Assembly: GCA_963778655.1 (NCBI GenBank)
Contig: CAVZVA010000010.1
Location: forward strand, 832,001 to 896,000
Origin: an uncultured delta proteobacterium
GTDB lineage: Bacteria; Myxococcota_A; Polyangia; Polyangiales; JAFGIB01
Direction: 5' to 3'
DNA: 64,000 nt
A program made the position numbers and the translations under genes. The notes below the pieces were generated by a model. That model was given only the letters and a program-made list of their open reading frames with translations. It did not search any database and was not told the origin of the DNA. Below are positions 8,823 through 20,608 of this stretch, one piece after another; the first letter of the stretch is position 1, and each line of letters opens with the position of its first letter.

Positions 8823-9019
8823 CGGCGCGTCTTCGCGAGATCGAGCTCGAAGCGAACCTTCCCGCGCAACCCACGTAGCGCCGATCGCTTGCGGCTGCGC
8901 TCCAGCTCCTCGAGCCCCGCGACCAGGGTCTCGGTGATTCCGAGCCCAGTGGTTTCTCGCGCCCGCTCGAGCAGCTTGGCCGGGATGTTCGCCGTGATCT
9001 TCTTCACCGCATCGCCCAT
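8819..9019 (-). CDS. vapB: VapB-type antitoxin
   Basis: 66 aa; KKITANIPAKLLERARE (RHH-like) and LRGKVRFELDL..TRR tail; translationally coupled to vapC. Confidence 0.8.
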   Translation of the reverse strand: MGDAVKKITANIPAKLLERARETTGLGITETLVAGLEELERSRKRSALRGLRGKVRFELDLAKTRR

Positions 9020-9025
9020 CCATCC

Positions 9026-9054
9026 AGTCTATTGGTATGGTCTGGACCAGTCAA
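9026..9054 (-). promoter_or_regulatory. vapBC promoter with a palindromic operator; probably a leaderless transcript
   Basis: Minus strand -35 TTGACT (9054-9049), 17-bp spacer, -10 TAGACT (9031-9026), ATG 6 nt later. TGGTC-tg-GACCA (9038-9049) lies in the spacer. Confidence 0.65.
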
Positions 9055-9138
9055 TGATATGGTCCGGTCGAACGCGGGCGTCCCCGAGCCGCTCGCGCAG
9101 GCTCCCCGCAAACGGGAAGCGGGCGAAACCGTGCGGCG

Positions 9139-9493
9139 TGAGTGATATTGCCGGGATGCGCGAGGTTTCGTTTCACTCCGTTGGCGAGCCCGATCCCGAG
9201 GCGGGATATTGGCTCACGCGGCCCGTCCACGAGCGGTTGGCTGCGGTGGAGCTGATCCGTCGCGCAACCTGGGGCTGGTATCGTGACATTCCATCCGGTT
9301 TTCAGCGAGTTCGTGAGCACGCTCGTCTCCACCGCGTGCGCTTTCTGGTAGTCGGCGCCCACGCGCTGGCCGTGCACGGAAGGCCCCGCTAGCCTCGGCG
9401 GCCCGCGCCAAGGATCTCGCGGACCTCGCGTTGCTCGAAGAAGCAGGGAGCCCACCGTCGCGCAAGCGCCGCCGTCCCCCGCGCAAGAAGTGA
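9139..9493 (+). pseudogene. Decayed two-gene module: small protein plus nucleotidyltransferase (frameshift and large internal deletion)
   Basis: The small ORF has YWLTRPVHERLAAVELIRR...FQRV. The overlapping NTase starts at GTG 9283 (TFHPVFSEFVSTL), shifts frame to HRVRFLVVGAHALAVHGRPR*, then jumps to the C-terminal RAKDLADLALLE...* (TGA 9491-9493). Confidence 0.7.
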
Positions 9494-9610
9494 GGCTGGG
9501 CCCGCCACGCGAGCGCGAGCCGCTAGCCGGCGCAGCGCACGTGCGCAGGGCTCTGGCCACCGACCTAGGGCGAGCCGCCGCAGGCGCCCTCGTGGTACGC
9601 TTTTGCGGGC

Positions 9611-10666
9611 ATGGGTCGCGCACCGACCAGGATTACGCCCGTGCTCGTGGGGTTGCTCGCGCTCGCGCTCGTAGTGCAGGCAGTGCTGTGGGTGGAGTCG
9701 AGCGGGCTTGGGCCCTGGCTCGGTGTCGTGGTGGCGTTGGGGCTCGGCCTGCTCTGCTTCGGCCTGGGTTTGCGGCTGCTCAAGCGCGCGCTGCTGCCGC
9801 TTTCGTTCGAGGCGTTTCGGCTGCAGGAGATGGCGATCGGCTGGGAAGCCGGGCGGGCGTTGAGCTCACCACCGGTCCACACCCGCGATCGCACGCTGAT
9901 CGAGATCGAGCACATGCGGCGCAGGTTGTTCGAGGGTCTGCACGAGAGCCGCAGGCTGCGCAAACAAGCCGAGGAAGCGAGCCGGTACAAGACCGGCTTT
10001 CTCAAGTCGGTGCAGCACGAGTTGCGCACGCCGCTCAACGCGGTGCTTGGATTCACCGAGGTGCTGCTCTCCGGCCTGGAGGGCCCGCTGACCGCCGGCC
10101 AGCGCGAGAACCTGGTGGTGATCGGACGCACCGGCAAGCGCCTGCAGGATTTGTTCGACGAGGTGATCGAGCTCGCGGCCACCGCCGCTGGCCAGCTCGA
10201 GCTGCGACGCGAGCCGCTCGACGTGGCCACCGCACTCGAGCAGGTGGGCGAGGCGCTGGAGGAAGCGCGCGGCGACAAGCCGGTGCACATAAGGCTCGAC
10301 TTGGGCGACGACCTGCCGCTGGTGCTGGGCGACGACGAGCGGCTCACGCGCCTGCTGCACGGCATCGCCAGCCAGGCGCTGTCGGTGCTGCAAGGACAGC
10401 TGCTGGTGCTGTCGGCCCACGCGTTCGGCGAGCAGGTCCAGGTGGCGGTGTGCGATCCGGCACGCAAGCTCGCGCCCGAGGAGGTCGAGGGCCTGCTCGG
10501 CAGCGAGCCCACCGGGCTGCGGCGTAAGGGGCTCGACGAGGGTAGCCGGCTGCGGCTGGCGATCTGGCGCCAGCTCGCCGAGCTGTTCGGCGGCACGCTC
10601 GTGCTGCGCAGCGATCAAGGCGGGACGGCCTTCGTGCTCGAGCTGCCGGCGTGGAGCGAGGCGTGA
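9611..10666 (+). CDS. Membrane histidine-kinase-like protein (HisKA intact, HATPase degenerate)
   Basis: Two N-terminal TMs; H-box HELRTPLNAVLGF; N, G1, F and G2 boxes altered. Confidence 0.85.
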   Translation: MGRAPTRITPVLVGLLALALVVQAVLWVESSGLGPWLGVVVALGLGLLCFGLGLRLLKRALLPLSFEAFRLQEMAIGWEAGRALSSPPVHTRDRTLIEIEHMRRRLFEGLHESRRLRKQAEEASRYKTGFLKSVQHELRTPLNAVLGFTEVLLSGLEGPLTAGQRENLVVIGRTGKRLQDLFDEVIELAATAAGQLELRREPLDVATALEQVGEALEEARGDKPVHIRLDLGDDLPLVLGDDERLTRLLHGIASQALSVLQGQLLVLSAHAFGEQVQVAVCDPARKLAPEEVEGLLGSEPTGLRRKGLDEGSRLRLAIWRQLAELFGGTLVLRSDQGGTAFVLELPAWSEA

Positions 10667-11793
10667 GGGCGCTGCCCGGGCGTTGCATCGCGGTGCTGGC
10701 CTTCGCGCTGGTGCTCAACGGGCTCGGCCTCGCCGTGCTGGGCGCCCTGCTGGGTGCGCCGCCCAACGTGCTGGCGCTGCTGCGCCTGCTCGGCGTGGTG
10801 CTGGGTGCGGCCGCGCTCGCCGCCTGGGCGCTACACCCGATGTCGACCGATCTCGACGCGATCGCGGTGCTGGCCGAGCGCAGCGGCAACCCGGGCGCGC
10901 CCACGGCGCCAGCGCGTGCCCCGATGCGCGCGGCGGAATCCGCGGCCTTGCTGGATTCGCTGCTGCTGGTGCTCGCGCGTTCGCGCGAGCTGCAAGCGGT
11001 GCAGCAGCAGGCGCGGCGCTCGCTCGAAGAAGCCGAGCAGCTGCGCGTGAGCTTCGTGGCCGCGATGGCGCACGACCTGCGCGGCCCGCTCAACTCGGTG
11101 ATCGGCTTCTCGGACTTGTTGCTGATGGAGGGACAGGACGCGGTGGCGCCAGCGCAGCGCCCAAGCGTGGAGCTGATCCGCCGCGGCGGCCAGGATCTGC
11201 TGGCGCTGCTCGATCAGATCCTCGACTGGGCCAGGCTCGAAGCCGGGCAGCTCAAGCTCGAGCCACGCCCGACCGACCTGGCCGAGGTGCTGCAGGCCGT
11301 GGCCGTGGCCGCGGCCGAGCGCTCGGCCGAGCGCGGGCTCACGCTCGCGCTCGAGGTCGCCGAGGGCTTGCCGCCGCTGCAGGCCGACCCCGCGCGCCTG
11401 GCCGAGGCGCTGCTCGGGCTGATCGACCACGCCACGCGCGCGCCCGATCGGCCACGCATCTCGGTCCGCGCGCGGCTGGCCGAGAGCTCGGAGCAGGCGC
11501 GACCCGGCCGCTGCCTGCAGGTGGAGCTACATGACCCCCAGCTGCGCGTACGCGCCGCCGACCTGGACAGCTTCTTCGAGGCGTTTCGGCCTTCGTACGC
11601 ACCCTCCGGGCGGCGGCTCGCCGGGCTTGGTCTGGGTCCGGCGCTGGGGCGCGCGCTGATCCGTGCACACGGTGGGCAGGTGTGGTTTGCAAGCCACGCC
11701 GAAACCGGCTCCACATTCAAGGTGGAGCTGCCGCTGCGCGCCGATCCGGCCGCCGGCCCGGGCCCCGGCGGGCTTCCTGCGGGGGATGGTTAG
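10663..11793 (+). CDS. Membrane histidine-kinase-like protein (HisKA intact, HATPase partly degenerate)
   Basis: GTGA overlap with the upstream gene; H-box HDLRGPLNSVIGF; FFEAF and GLGLG retained, N-box Asn and DxGxG absent. Confidence 0.85.
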   Translation: MRALPGRCIAVLAFALVLNGLGLAVLGALLGAPPNVLALLRLLGVVLGAAALAAWALHPMSTDLDAIAVLAERSGNPGAPTAPARAPMRAAESAALLDSLLLVLARSRELQAVQQQARRSLEEAEQLRVSFVAAMAHDLRGPLNSVIGFSDLLLMEGQDAVAPAQRPSVELIRRGGQDLLALLDQILDWARLEAGQLKLEPRPTDLAEVLQAVAVAAAERSAERGLTLALEVAEGLPPLQADPARLAEALLGLIDHATRAPDRPRISVRARLAESSEQARPGRCLQVELHDPQLRVRAADLDSFFEAFRPSYAPSGRRLAGLGLGPALGRALIRAHGGQVWFASHAETGSTFKVELPLRADPAAGPGPGGLPAGDG

Positions 11794-11827
11794 CGCGGCT
11801 ACGTTCACGTGATAAATTCGAAGGCCG

Positions 11828-12811
11828 ATGGAATCTGTACATGCCTTGTCTCCGACCCCGCTTCCTTCCGCGACCTCGGCGGCCGCCGTGGCCCAGCGCC
11901 TGCTCGGCAACGTCGAGCGCGTGCTGGAGGGTAAGCGCGAGGTGGTCGAGCTCGCGGTCGCGGCGCTGTTCGCGCGCGGCCACCTGCTGATCGAGGACGT
12001 GCCCGGCGTGGGCAAGACCACGCTGGCGCGCGCGCTCGCCAGCAGCGTGGGGCTGGAGTTTCGCCGCATCCAGTTCACCTCCGATCTGATGCCCGCCGAT
12101 GTGCTCGGCGGCAGCGTCTACTCCCAGGTCACCGGGCAGTTCAGCTTTCGCCCCGGTCCGGTCTTCACCAACGTGCTGCTGGCCGACGAGATCAACCGCA
12201 CCACGCCCAAGACGCAGAGCGCGCTGCTGGAGGCGATGGGCGAGCGGCGGGTGTCGATCGACGGTGAGACGCGCGTGCTCGAGGAGCCGTTCTTCGTGCT
12301 GGCCACCCAGAACCCCGAGGAGTTCTACGGTACCTACCCGCTGCCCGAATCGCAGCTCGATCGCTTCCTGATGCGCTTGCGCATCGGCTATCCCTCGCAG
12401 GACGTGGAGCGCCAGGTGCTGGCGCGGCGGCGCGGCGCCGACCCGATCGACGAGCTCGAGCCGGTGGTTGACCGGCGCGAGCTGCTCGCGGCGCAGGCCG
12501 CCGTGGAGCAGGTACGCACCAGCGACGAGCTGATCGACTACCTGCACTCGCTGGTGCTCGCCACGCGCTCGACGCCGCTGCTGTCGATCGGCGCCTCCAC
12601 CCGCGCCGCGCTCGCGCTCGAGTCGGCGGTGCGCGCCTACGCGCTGGTGCTCGGCCGCAACTACGCGATCCCCGATGACGTCAAGGCGGTGGCGGTGGCG
12701 GTGCTGGCGCACCGCGTGCGCGCCGCCGGCCTGCGCGACGGCAGCAGCGCGCACGGCGACGGCGAGCGGGTGATCCGCGAGCTGCTCGGCGCGCTGCCCG
12801 TGCCGGTCTAA
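11828..12811 (+). CDS. moxR: MoxR family AAA+ ATPase
   Basis: HLLIEDVPGVGKT, RIQFTSDLMPADV, LLADEINR, ATQNP and YPLPESQLDRF motifs. Confidence 0.95.
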   Translation: MESVHALSPTPLPSATSAAAVAQRLLGNVERVLEGKREVVELAVAALFARGHLLIEDVPGVGKTTLARALASSVGLEFRRIQFTSDLMPADVLGGSVYSQVTGQFSFRPGPVFTNVLLADEINRTTPKTQSALLEAMGERRVSIDGETRVLEEPFFVLATQNPEEFYGTYPLPESQLDRFLMRLRIGYPSQDVERQVLARRRGADPIDELEPVVDRRELLAAQAAVEQVRTSDELIDYLHSLVLATRSTPLLSIGASTRAALALESAVRAYALVLGRNYAIPDDVKAVAVAVLAHRVRAAGLRDGSSAHGDGERVIRELLGALPVPV

Positions 12812-12821
12812 GGAGCGTAGC

Positions 12822-13952
<1,131 letters not shown>

Positions 13953-13983
13953 GGGCGCGCGCAGCCAGGCGCGGGGGCGCGCG

Positions 13984-16143
13984 ATGAGCTTTTCGCTGCT
14001 GCACAAGAGCATCGCCTATCTGCTCTCCGGGCTGGGGTTGCTCGCGCTCTCGCTCGGCAGCGAGCTCAGCACCTTCACCCTCACCCTGATGTTTCTGGGC
14101 TACTTCTGCAGCTGGTTCGCCGAGGACAAGCTGCTGAGCCGTCCCCACTACGCCTCGGCCTGGACCAGCGCGGTGGTGGCCTTGCTGGTGATCCAGGTGG
14201 CGCGCGGCCTGGCCACGCAACCGACGCTGGCGATGGCGATCGAGTTCGCCGCCTTCTTGCAGATCTCGCGCCTGTTCAACCGCAGGACCGCGGTCGACTA
14301 CCAGCAGATCGCGGTCTTGTCGTTTCTGCACCTGACCGCCGCCACCGTGCTCTCGAGCAACCTGAGCTACGGCGCGATCTTCGTCGGCTTCGTGATCGCC
14401 ACGCCGTGGATGCTCGCGCTCTCGCACCTGCGCCGCGAGATCGAGGGCAACTACCCGTCGCAGAGCGACGCCGATCCGAGCGCGCGCAGCGCGGTGCGCC
14501 GCGTGCTCGCCAGCAAGCGCGTGGTGGGGCCCGGCTTCCTGCTCGGCACCGCCCTGCTGTCGCTGCCGCTGTTCGCGATGACGCTGGCGATCTTCCTGAC
14601 CATTCCGCGCGTGGGGCAGGGTTTCTTGAGCTTCGAGCACGACAGCGGGCAGCGCGTCGCCGGTTTCGGCAACCAGGTCGAGCTGGGCGGCTTCGGCTTG
14701 ATCCGCGACGACCCGACCGTGGTGCTGCGGGTCAAGCCGCTGCCGGCGGTGGACGAGAAGGCGCCGCGCCTTTCGCTGCGGCTGCGCGGCACCTCGTTCG
14801 ACTATTACGACGGCCGCGTCTGGAGCCGCACGCCCAGCACGGTGCTGCGGCTGCCGCGGATGTCTCCCACCATCTACCCGATCCGGCGCATGCCGCGCCG
14901 CGGGCAGGACCGCCAGTTCCAGATCGTGCTCGACCACTTGGACGAGCCGGTGGTCTTCCTACCGCTGGGCACGGTCGCGATCTCGGTGCCACCGCGGATC
15001 TCCGGAGGCCAGGCCATGGAGCGCGAGCTCACCCACTCCGCTGGCCTGGACATCCGCTACGACGGCAGTGATGGGATGGGCCTGGTCTACAGCGCCTACG
15101 TCAGCAGAGACCCGGCCGAGAGCGCCATCTTGCCGCTCAGCTTGGAGCGCCGCGCCACTTATCTGCAGATGCCGCGCGGACACGAGCGCGTGGCGGCGCT
15201 GGCGCGCCGCGTGGCCGGCGACGCCGTGAGCGATGAGCAGAAGGCCAACCGCATCCAGCGCTTCCTGAAGCAGGGTGATTACACCTACTCGCTGGTGCAG
15301 CCCGACGTCGGCAAGCGCTGGCCGCTGGACGTGTTCCTGTTCGACCAGAAGCGCGGTCACTGCGAATACTACTCGAGCGCGATGGCGATCATGCTGCGCT
15401 CGCTCGGCGTGCCCACCCGCAACGTGACCGGTTTCGCCGGGGGCCAGTACAACCCCTACGGCGGCTACTACGCGCTGCGCCAGGGCGACGCGCACAGCTG
15501 GGTAGAGGTCTACCTGCAGGGCCGCGGCTGGGTGACCTACGACCCGACCCCATCGCTGCGCGCGGAGATGGGCCCGCGCCAGGGGCTGTGGACCGACCTG
15601 AACGCGCTGATCGACGCGCTGCGGACGCGCTGGATGACCGGCGTGGTGGGCTACGATTTGCGCGCCCAGGTGGGTATCTTGCGCAGGCTCGCGCGCATGA
15701 TCGAGCGCCTGCGCGGGCCGCCGCGACACCCCGACCAGACCGCCGCCAGCGGGCGTGGCTTCCATCCGCATCTGGGCTGGCGCGGCGCGCTGCAAGGGCT
15801 CGGCGTAGCGCTCGTGCTGGCGCTGTTGGCATGGCTGGCCTGGCGTCTGCTGCGGCCGGCGATCAGCGCCGGCGGCCGCCCGCTCAGCCGCCAGCAAGCG
15901 CAGGCCGTGAGCCTGTACGGCGAGCTCGAGCGCGCGCTGCGCAAACGCGGTCATCCCCGCCCGCCCGCGCTCACCCCGCTCGAGCACGCGCGCAGCCTCG
16001 CGCGCCAGGGCTTCGCCCAGCAGGCCGACCTCGATCAGGTCACGCACAGCTACCTCGAAGCCCGCTACGGCGGCCGCCCCCTACGTAACGCCGAGGTGCT
16101 CGAGCTACGCAAAGCCATCGCCCGCATCCGCCGCGCGGCCTAG
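13984..16143 (+). CDS. Membrane transglutaminase-like protein (DUF3488-TGase-DUF4129, TgpA-like)
   Basis: N-terminal TMs; catalytic triad motifs GHCEYY, DAHSWVE, YDPTP; C-terminal TPLE...Y.EARYG. Confidence 0.9.
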   Translation: MSFSLLHKSIAYLLSGLGLLALSLGSELSTFTLTLMFLGYFCSWFAEDKLLSRPHYASAWTSAVVALLVIQVARGLATQPTLAMAIEFAAFLQISRLFNRRTAVDYQQIAVLSFLHLTAATVLSSNLSYGAIFVGFVIATPWMLALSHLRREIEGNYPSQSDADPSARSAVRRVLASKRVVGPGFLLGTALLSLPLFAMTLAIFLTIPRVGQGFLSFEHDSGQRVAGFGNQVELGGFGLIRDDPTVVLRVKPLPAVDEKAPRLSLRLRGTSFDYYDGRVWSRTPSTVLRLPRMSPTIYPIRRMPRRGQDRQFQIVLDHLDEPVVFLPLGTVAISVPPRISGGQAMERELTHSAGLDIRYDGSDGMGLVYSAYVSRDPAESAILPLSLERRATYLQMPRGHERVAALARRVAGDAVSDEQKANRIQRFLKQGDYTYSLVQPDVGKRWPLDVFLFDQKRGHCEYYSSAMAIMLRSLGVPTRNVTGFAGGQYNPYGGYYALRQGDAHSWVEVYLQGRGWVTYDPTPSLRAEMGPRQGLWTDLNALIDALRTRWMTGVVGYDLRAQVGILRRLARMIERLRGPPRHPDQTAASGRGFHPHLGWRGALQGLGVALVLALLAWLAWRLLRPAISAGGRPLSRQQAQAVSLYGELERALRKRGHPRPPALTPLEHARSLARQGFAQQADLDQVTHSYLEARYGGRPLRNAEVLELRKAIARIRRAA

Positions 16144-16165
16144 CTTCTAGAATAGCGCTTTCAGC

Positions 16166-17575
<1,410 letters not shown>

Positions 17576-17800
17576 GGTGAACCGCAGCGGCCGTCTCGAC
17601 CGGGCGGCCGGCGGCCGGAGGGTGGCTCGACCTACGATTGTGAGGCCGCCGGTGCAGCCGCGTCAAGCTCGGCAGCGACGCGGATACGTAGCAATTCCAA
17701 AGCCCTAGGTGTCGTCGCCGGGTGGTTGCAACGCGGGGCGCGTGCCCCGAGGTGGGTACGTCGGTTGACAGCGTGCGGTGCCGGCGCTTGACTGCCCGCG

Positions 17801-18469
17801 GTGTCCCGCTCCAAGCAACCCGTGCGCATAGCGCCCTCGATCCTGTCCGCGCGCTTCGAGCGCCTCGGCGAGGAGGTCGAGGCCGTGGCCAAGGCCGGCG
17901 CGGATTTCATCCACGTCGACGTGATGGACGGCCGCTTCGTGCCCAACATCACCATCGGCCCGGTGGTGCTTGAGGCGCTGCGCCGCGTGACCGACCGCGT
18001 GCTCGATGTGCACCTGATGATCGTCGAGCCCGAGCGCTACGTGGAGGACTTCGCGCGCGCCGGCGCGGACGTCATCACCGTACACGCGGAGGCCTGCACC
18101 CACCTGCACCGCACGCTGCAGCAGATCCGCAGCACCGGCAAGCGCGCCGGGGTGGCGCTCAACCCGCACACCCCGGAGGACGTGCTGCGCTACGTGCTGC
18201 CGCAGCTCGACTTGATCCTGGTCATGAGCGTCAACCCGGGCTTCGGTGGACAATCGTTCATCCCGGAGGTGCTGGCCAAGCTCGAGCGCGTGCGCGCGAT
18301 GATCGACGCGGCCGGGTTGCCGATCGACCTCGAGGTCGATGGCGGGATCAAGCCCGGCACCGCCCGCAAGGTGCTGGCCGCGGGCGCGGACGTGCTGGTG
18401 GCCGGCACCGCGGTGTTCGGCCAGCCCGACTACGCGGCAGCGATTCGCGCGCTGCGCGAAGACGCCTGA
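17801..18469 (+). CDS. rpe: Ribulose-phosphate 3-epimerase
   Basis: [36 protein letters not shown] and EVDGGI motifs. Confidence 0.97.
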   Translation: MSRSKQPVRIAPSILSARFERLGEEVEAVAKAGADFIHVDVMDGRFVPNITIGPVVLEALRRVTDRVLDVHLMIVEPERYVEDFARAGADVITVHAEACTHLHRTLQQIRSTGKRAGVALNPHTPEDVLRYVLPQLDLILVMSVNPGFGGQSFIPEVLAKLERVRAMIDAAGLPIDLEVDGGIKPGTARKVLAAGADVLVAGTAVFGQPDYAAAIRALREDA

Positions 18470-18553
18470 GCAGCCCGCGCACCTTACCTCGACCTACAGG
18501 TAGGGCGCGCGCAGGAGCACGGGGCGGCGGCGGCCGTGCTACATCCTCTGCCC

Positions 18554-19390
18554 ATGCGCCTTGCGTTCGCGAAATACGAAGGGCTCGGCAACGATTTCCT
18601 GCTGATCGACACACCCGGCGCGGCTGGCACTGCGCTCGAGGCCTCCCAGGTGGTGCGCCTGTGCGATCGCCACCTCGGGGTGGGCGGCGACGGCGTGCTG
18701 CTGCTGAGCGAGCAGGGCGGGCGCACGCGCATGCGCGTGATCAATGCCGACGGCTCTCAGCCGGAGATGTGCGGCAACGGCATTCGCTGCGTCGCGCTGC
18801 ACCTGCTGCGCCAGGGCCGGGCTGGCGGCGGCGAGGCTATCGAGATCAACACCGACGCCGGGACGCACGCCTGCCGCGTGCTGATCGACGGCCCGGAAAG
18901 CGTGATCGAGGTGTCGATGCGCGCGGCGAGCCTGCGGCCCGAGCAGGTGCCGGTGCTCGCCGCCGAGCCGTTGATCGACGCGGCATTCGAGGCCGGCGGG
19001 CGACGCTTGCAGGTGACCTGCGTGTCGATGGGCAATCCGCACGCGGTGACCTTCACCGAGGTCGGCGAGCAGCGCGACCAGATCGCTGCGCTGCTGCAGC
19101 GCGACCCCCGCTTCCCGCACCAGGCCAACGTCGGCTTTGCCCGCATGCTGGCGCCCGACGCGATTGAGCTTATGGTCTACGAGCGGGGCGCCGGCTGGAC
19201 CCGGGCCTGCGGGACCGGCGCGTGCGCCGCGGCGGTCGCAGCGGTCGAGACCGGGCGCGCGCCGCGCCACCAGCCGATCGAGGTGCGGCTGCCGGGTGGG
19301 GCGCTCGCGATCGTGGTCGGCGAGCGCGACGATCGGCTGTCGATGACCGGTCCGGCGCGCCACGTGTTCGACGGCACGATCGAGTTTTAG
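18554..19390 (+). CDS. dapF: Diaminopimelate epimerase
   Basis: KYEGLGNDF, NADGS.PEMCGNG, SMGNPH and ERGAG.T.ACGTGA motifs. Confidence 0.97.
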   Translation: MRLAFAKYEGLGNDFLLIDTPGAAGTALEASQVVRLCDRHLGVGGDGVLLLSEQGGRTRMRVINADGSQPEMCGNGIRCVALHLLRQGRAGGGEAIEINTDAGTHACRVLIDGPESVIEVSMRAASLRPEQVPVLAAEPLIDAAFEAGGRRLQVTCVSMGNPHAVTFTEVGEQRDQIAALLQRDPRFPHQANVGFARMLAPDAIELMVYERGAGWTRACGTGACAAAVAAVETGRAPRHQPIEVRLPGGALAIVVGERDDRLSMTGPARHVFDGTIEF

Positions 19391-19797
19391 CCGTGTCGCC
19401 GCGGCCCGTTACGGCTAGCAGCGCGGGTGGGGGCGCCGTGCATGAAAGAAGCGTGCCCGCGTCGCGCGGCCCTGCTCCGTGTGCGCATCACAACCGCGCC
19501 GCGCGTTCAAAAGTTGCGTGCTTTCAAAGCCGAATCCGGCAGCGCGTGGGCAAGCGCACAGCCCCGTGTGGGGATGTTACCGGCGCATAGCGAGCGAGAA
19601 GCGGGACTGACGCGGCCGGACCACATGGCGCGGCGGGTGCCTTCGCAAATGGGTCGCGCGGGTGAAACAAGTCACGATGCGCGTGCGTTGAACGAGAACA
19701 TTACCAATCGGTGAACTCGCTGGCGGACCTCTTCCTATCGCAACGCACGTTCGTTAGGCTGGTGTCAATGGGGAATGGGAAAGCATCCGGGGGGAAT

Positions 19798-20520
19798 ATG
19801 GAAAGCTCGTTCGACTCGATCGATCGCAGACACTCGTATCGTGTAGACGTGCATGGCCTGGCGTTGCTCTGGCACCGTGCCCGCATCATGGGCCGTTACG
19901 CACTAGCCGATCTCTCGATCGGCGGCTGCATGTTGCGCGACGGTCCGCACTGCGAGCTCGGCCAGGAGTACGGCTTGGTGCTCGATCTGCCGGAGGAAGG
20001 CGACCTGCGCGTGTCGGCCAAGGTGGTGCGACAGCGCAAGACCGAGCTCGGCGGTTGCGAGCTCGGTCTGCAGTTCATGGAAGCGGCGCCGGGGCTCGAG
20101 GATCGCATCCACGATCTGGTGATCCAGTTGCTAGAGCGCGAGCCGGCGCCGGCTCGCGGGCGCGTGCTGGTGGTCGATATGAATCCGCTGCGGCGGATGG
20201 ACGCCGGCGAGAGCCTGCGCAGGCTGGGACACGAGGTGCTCGAGGCGGCCACGCCGCTCGAGGCGGTGTGGGAGCTCGAGAACGGTCCGATGGACATCCA
20301 CACCGTGCTGGTCGCGCGCTCGCTCGGCGGCAGCGACGGACGCGATCTGCTGAAGTTCATCGCCGCGCGCTACGCCGGAGTCTGGCGCGTGCTGGTCAGC
20401 GATCGCGCAGAGCCCGACGCGCTCGCGGACGCCGTGTTGCTCGGCCCGTGTCACCTCTCGCGCATGCTCAAGGTGATGCCGCACGGCCACAGCCGCGGCC
20501 CCCGCGCCAGCTCGGCCTGA
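19798..20520 (+). CDS. PilZ domain plus atypical receiver domain protein
   Basis: RRHSYR (RxxxR) and DLSIGG (DxSxxG) PilZ motifs; RVLVVD...EAATPLEA receiver fold with the phospho-Asp position read as Ala (VLVARSL). Start uncertain (ORF open from 19711). Confidence 0.8.
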   Translation: MESSFDSIDRRHSYRVDVHGLALLWHRARIMGRYALADLSIGGCMLRDGPHCELGQEYGLVLDLPEEGDLRVSAKVVRQRKTELGGCELGLQFMEAAPGLEDRIHDLVIQLLEREPAPARGRVLVVDMNPLRRMDAGESLRRLGHEVLEAATPLEAVWELENGPMDIHTVLVARSLGGSDGRDLLKFIAARYAGVWRVLVSDRAEPDALADAVLLGPCHLSRMLKVMPHGHSRGPRASSA

Positions 20521-20538
20521 GCGGCACAGGAATCCGGA

Positions 20539-20603
20539 AACAGGAAGACGGGACGGGGGGAAGAGGGGGGAAGAGCACCTTCCCGTCGTCCTGTCTTCCT
20601 GTT
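20539..20603. repeat. Periodic inverted-repeat element (ACAGGAAG-RCGGGAAG family), copy A, between convergent genes
   Basis: Arms AACAGGAAGACGGGACGGGGGGAAG (20539-20563) and CTTCCCGTCGTCCTGTCTTCCTGTT (20579-20603). Confidence 0.85.
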
Positions 20604-20608
20604 GCACT

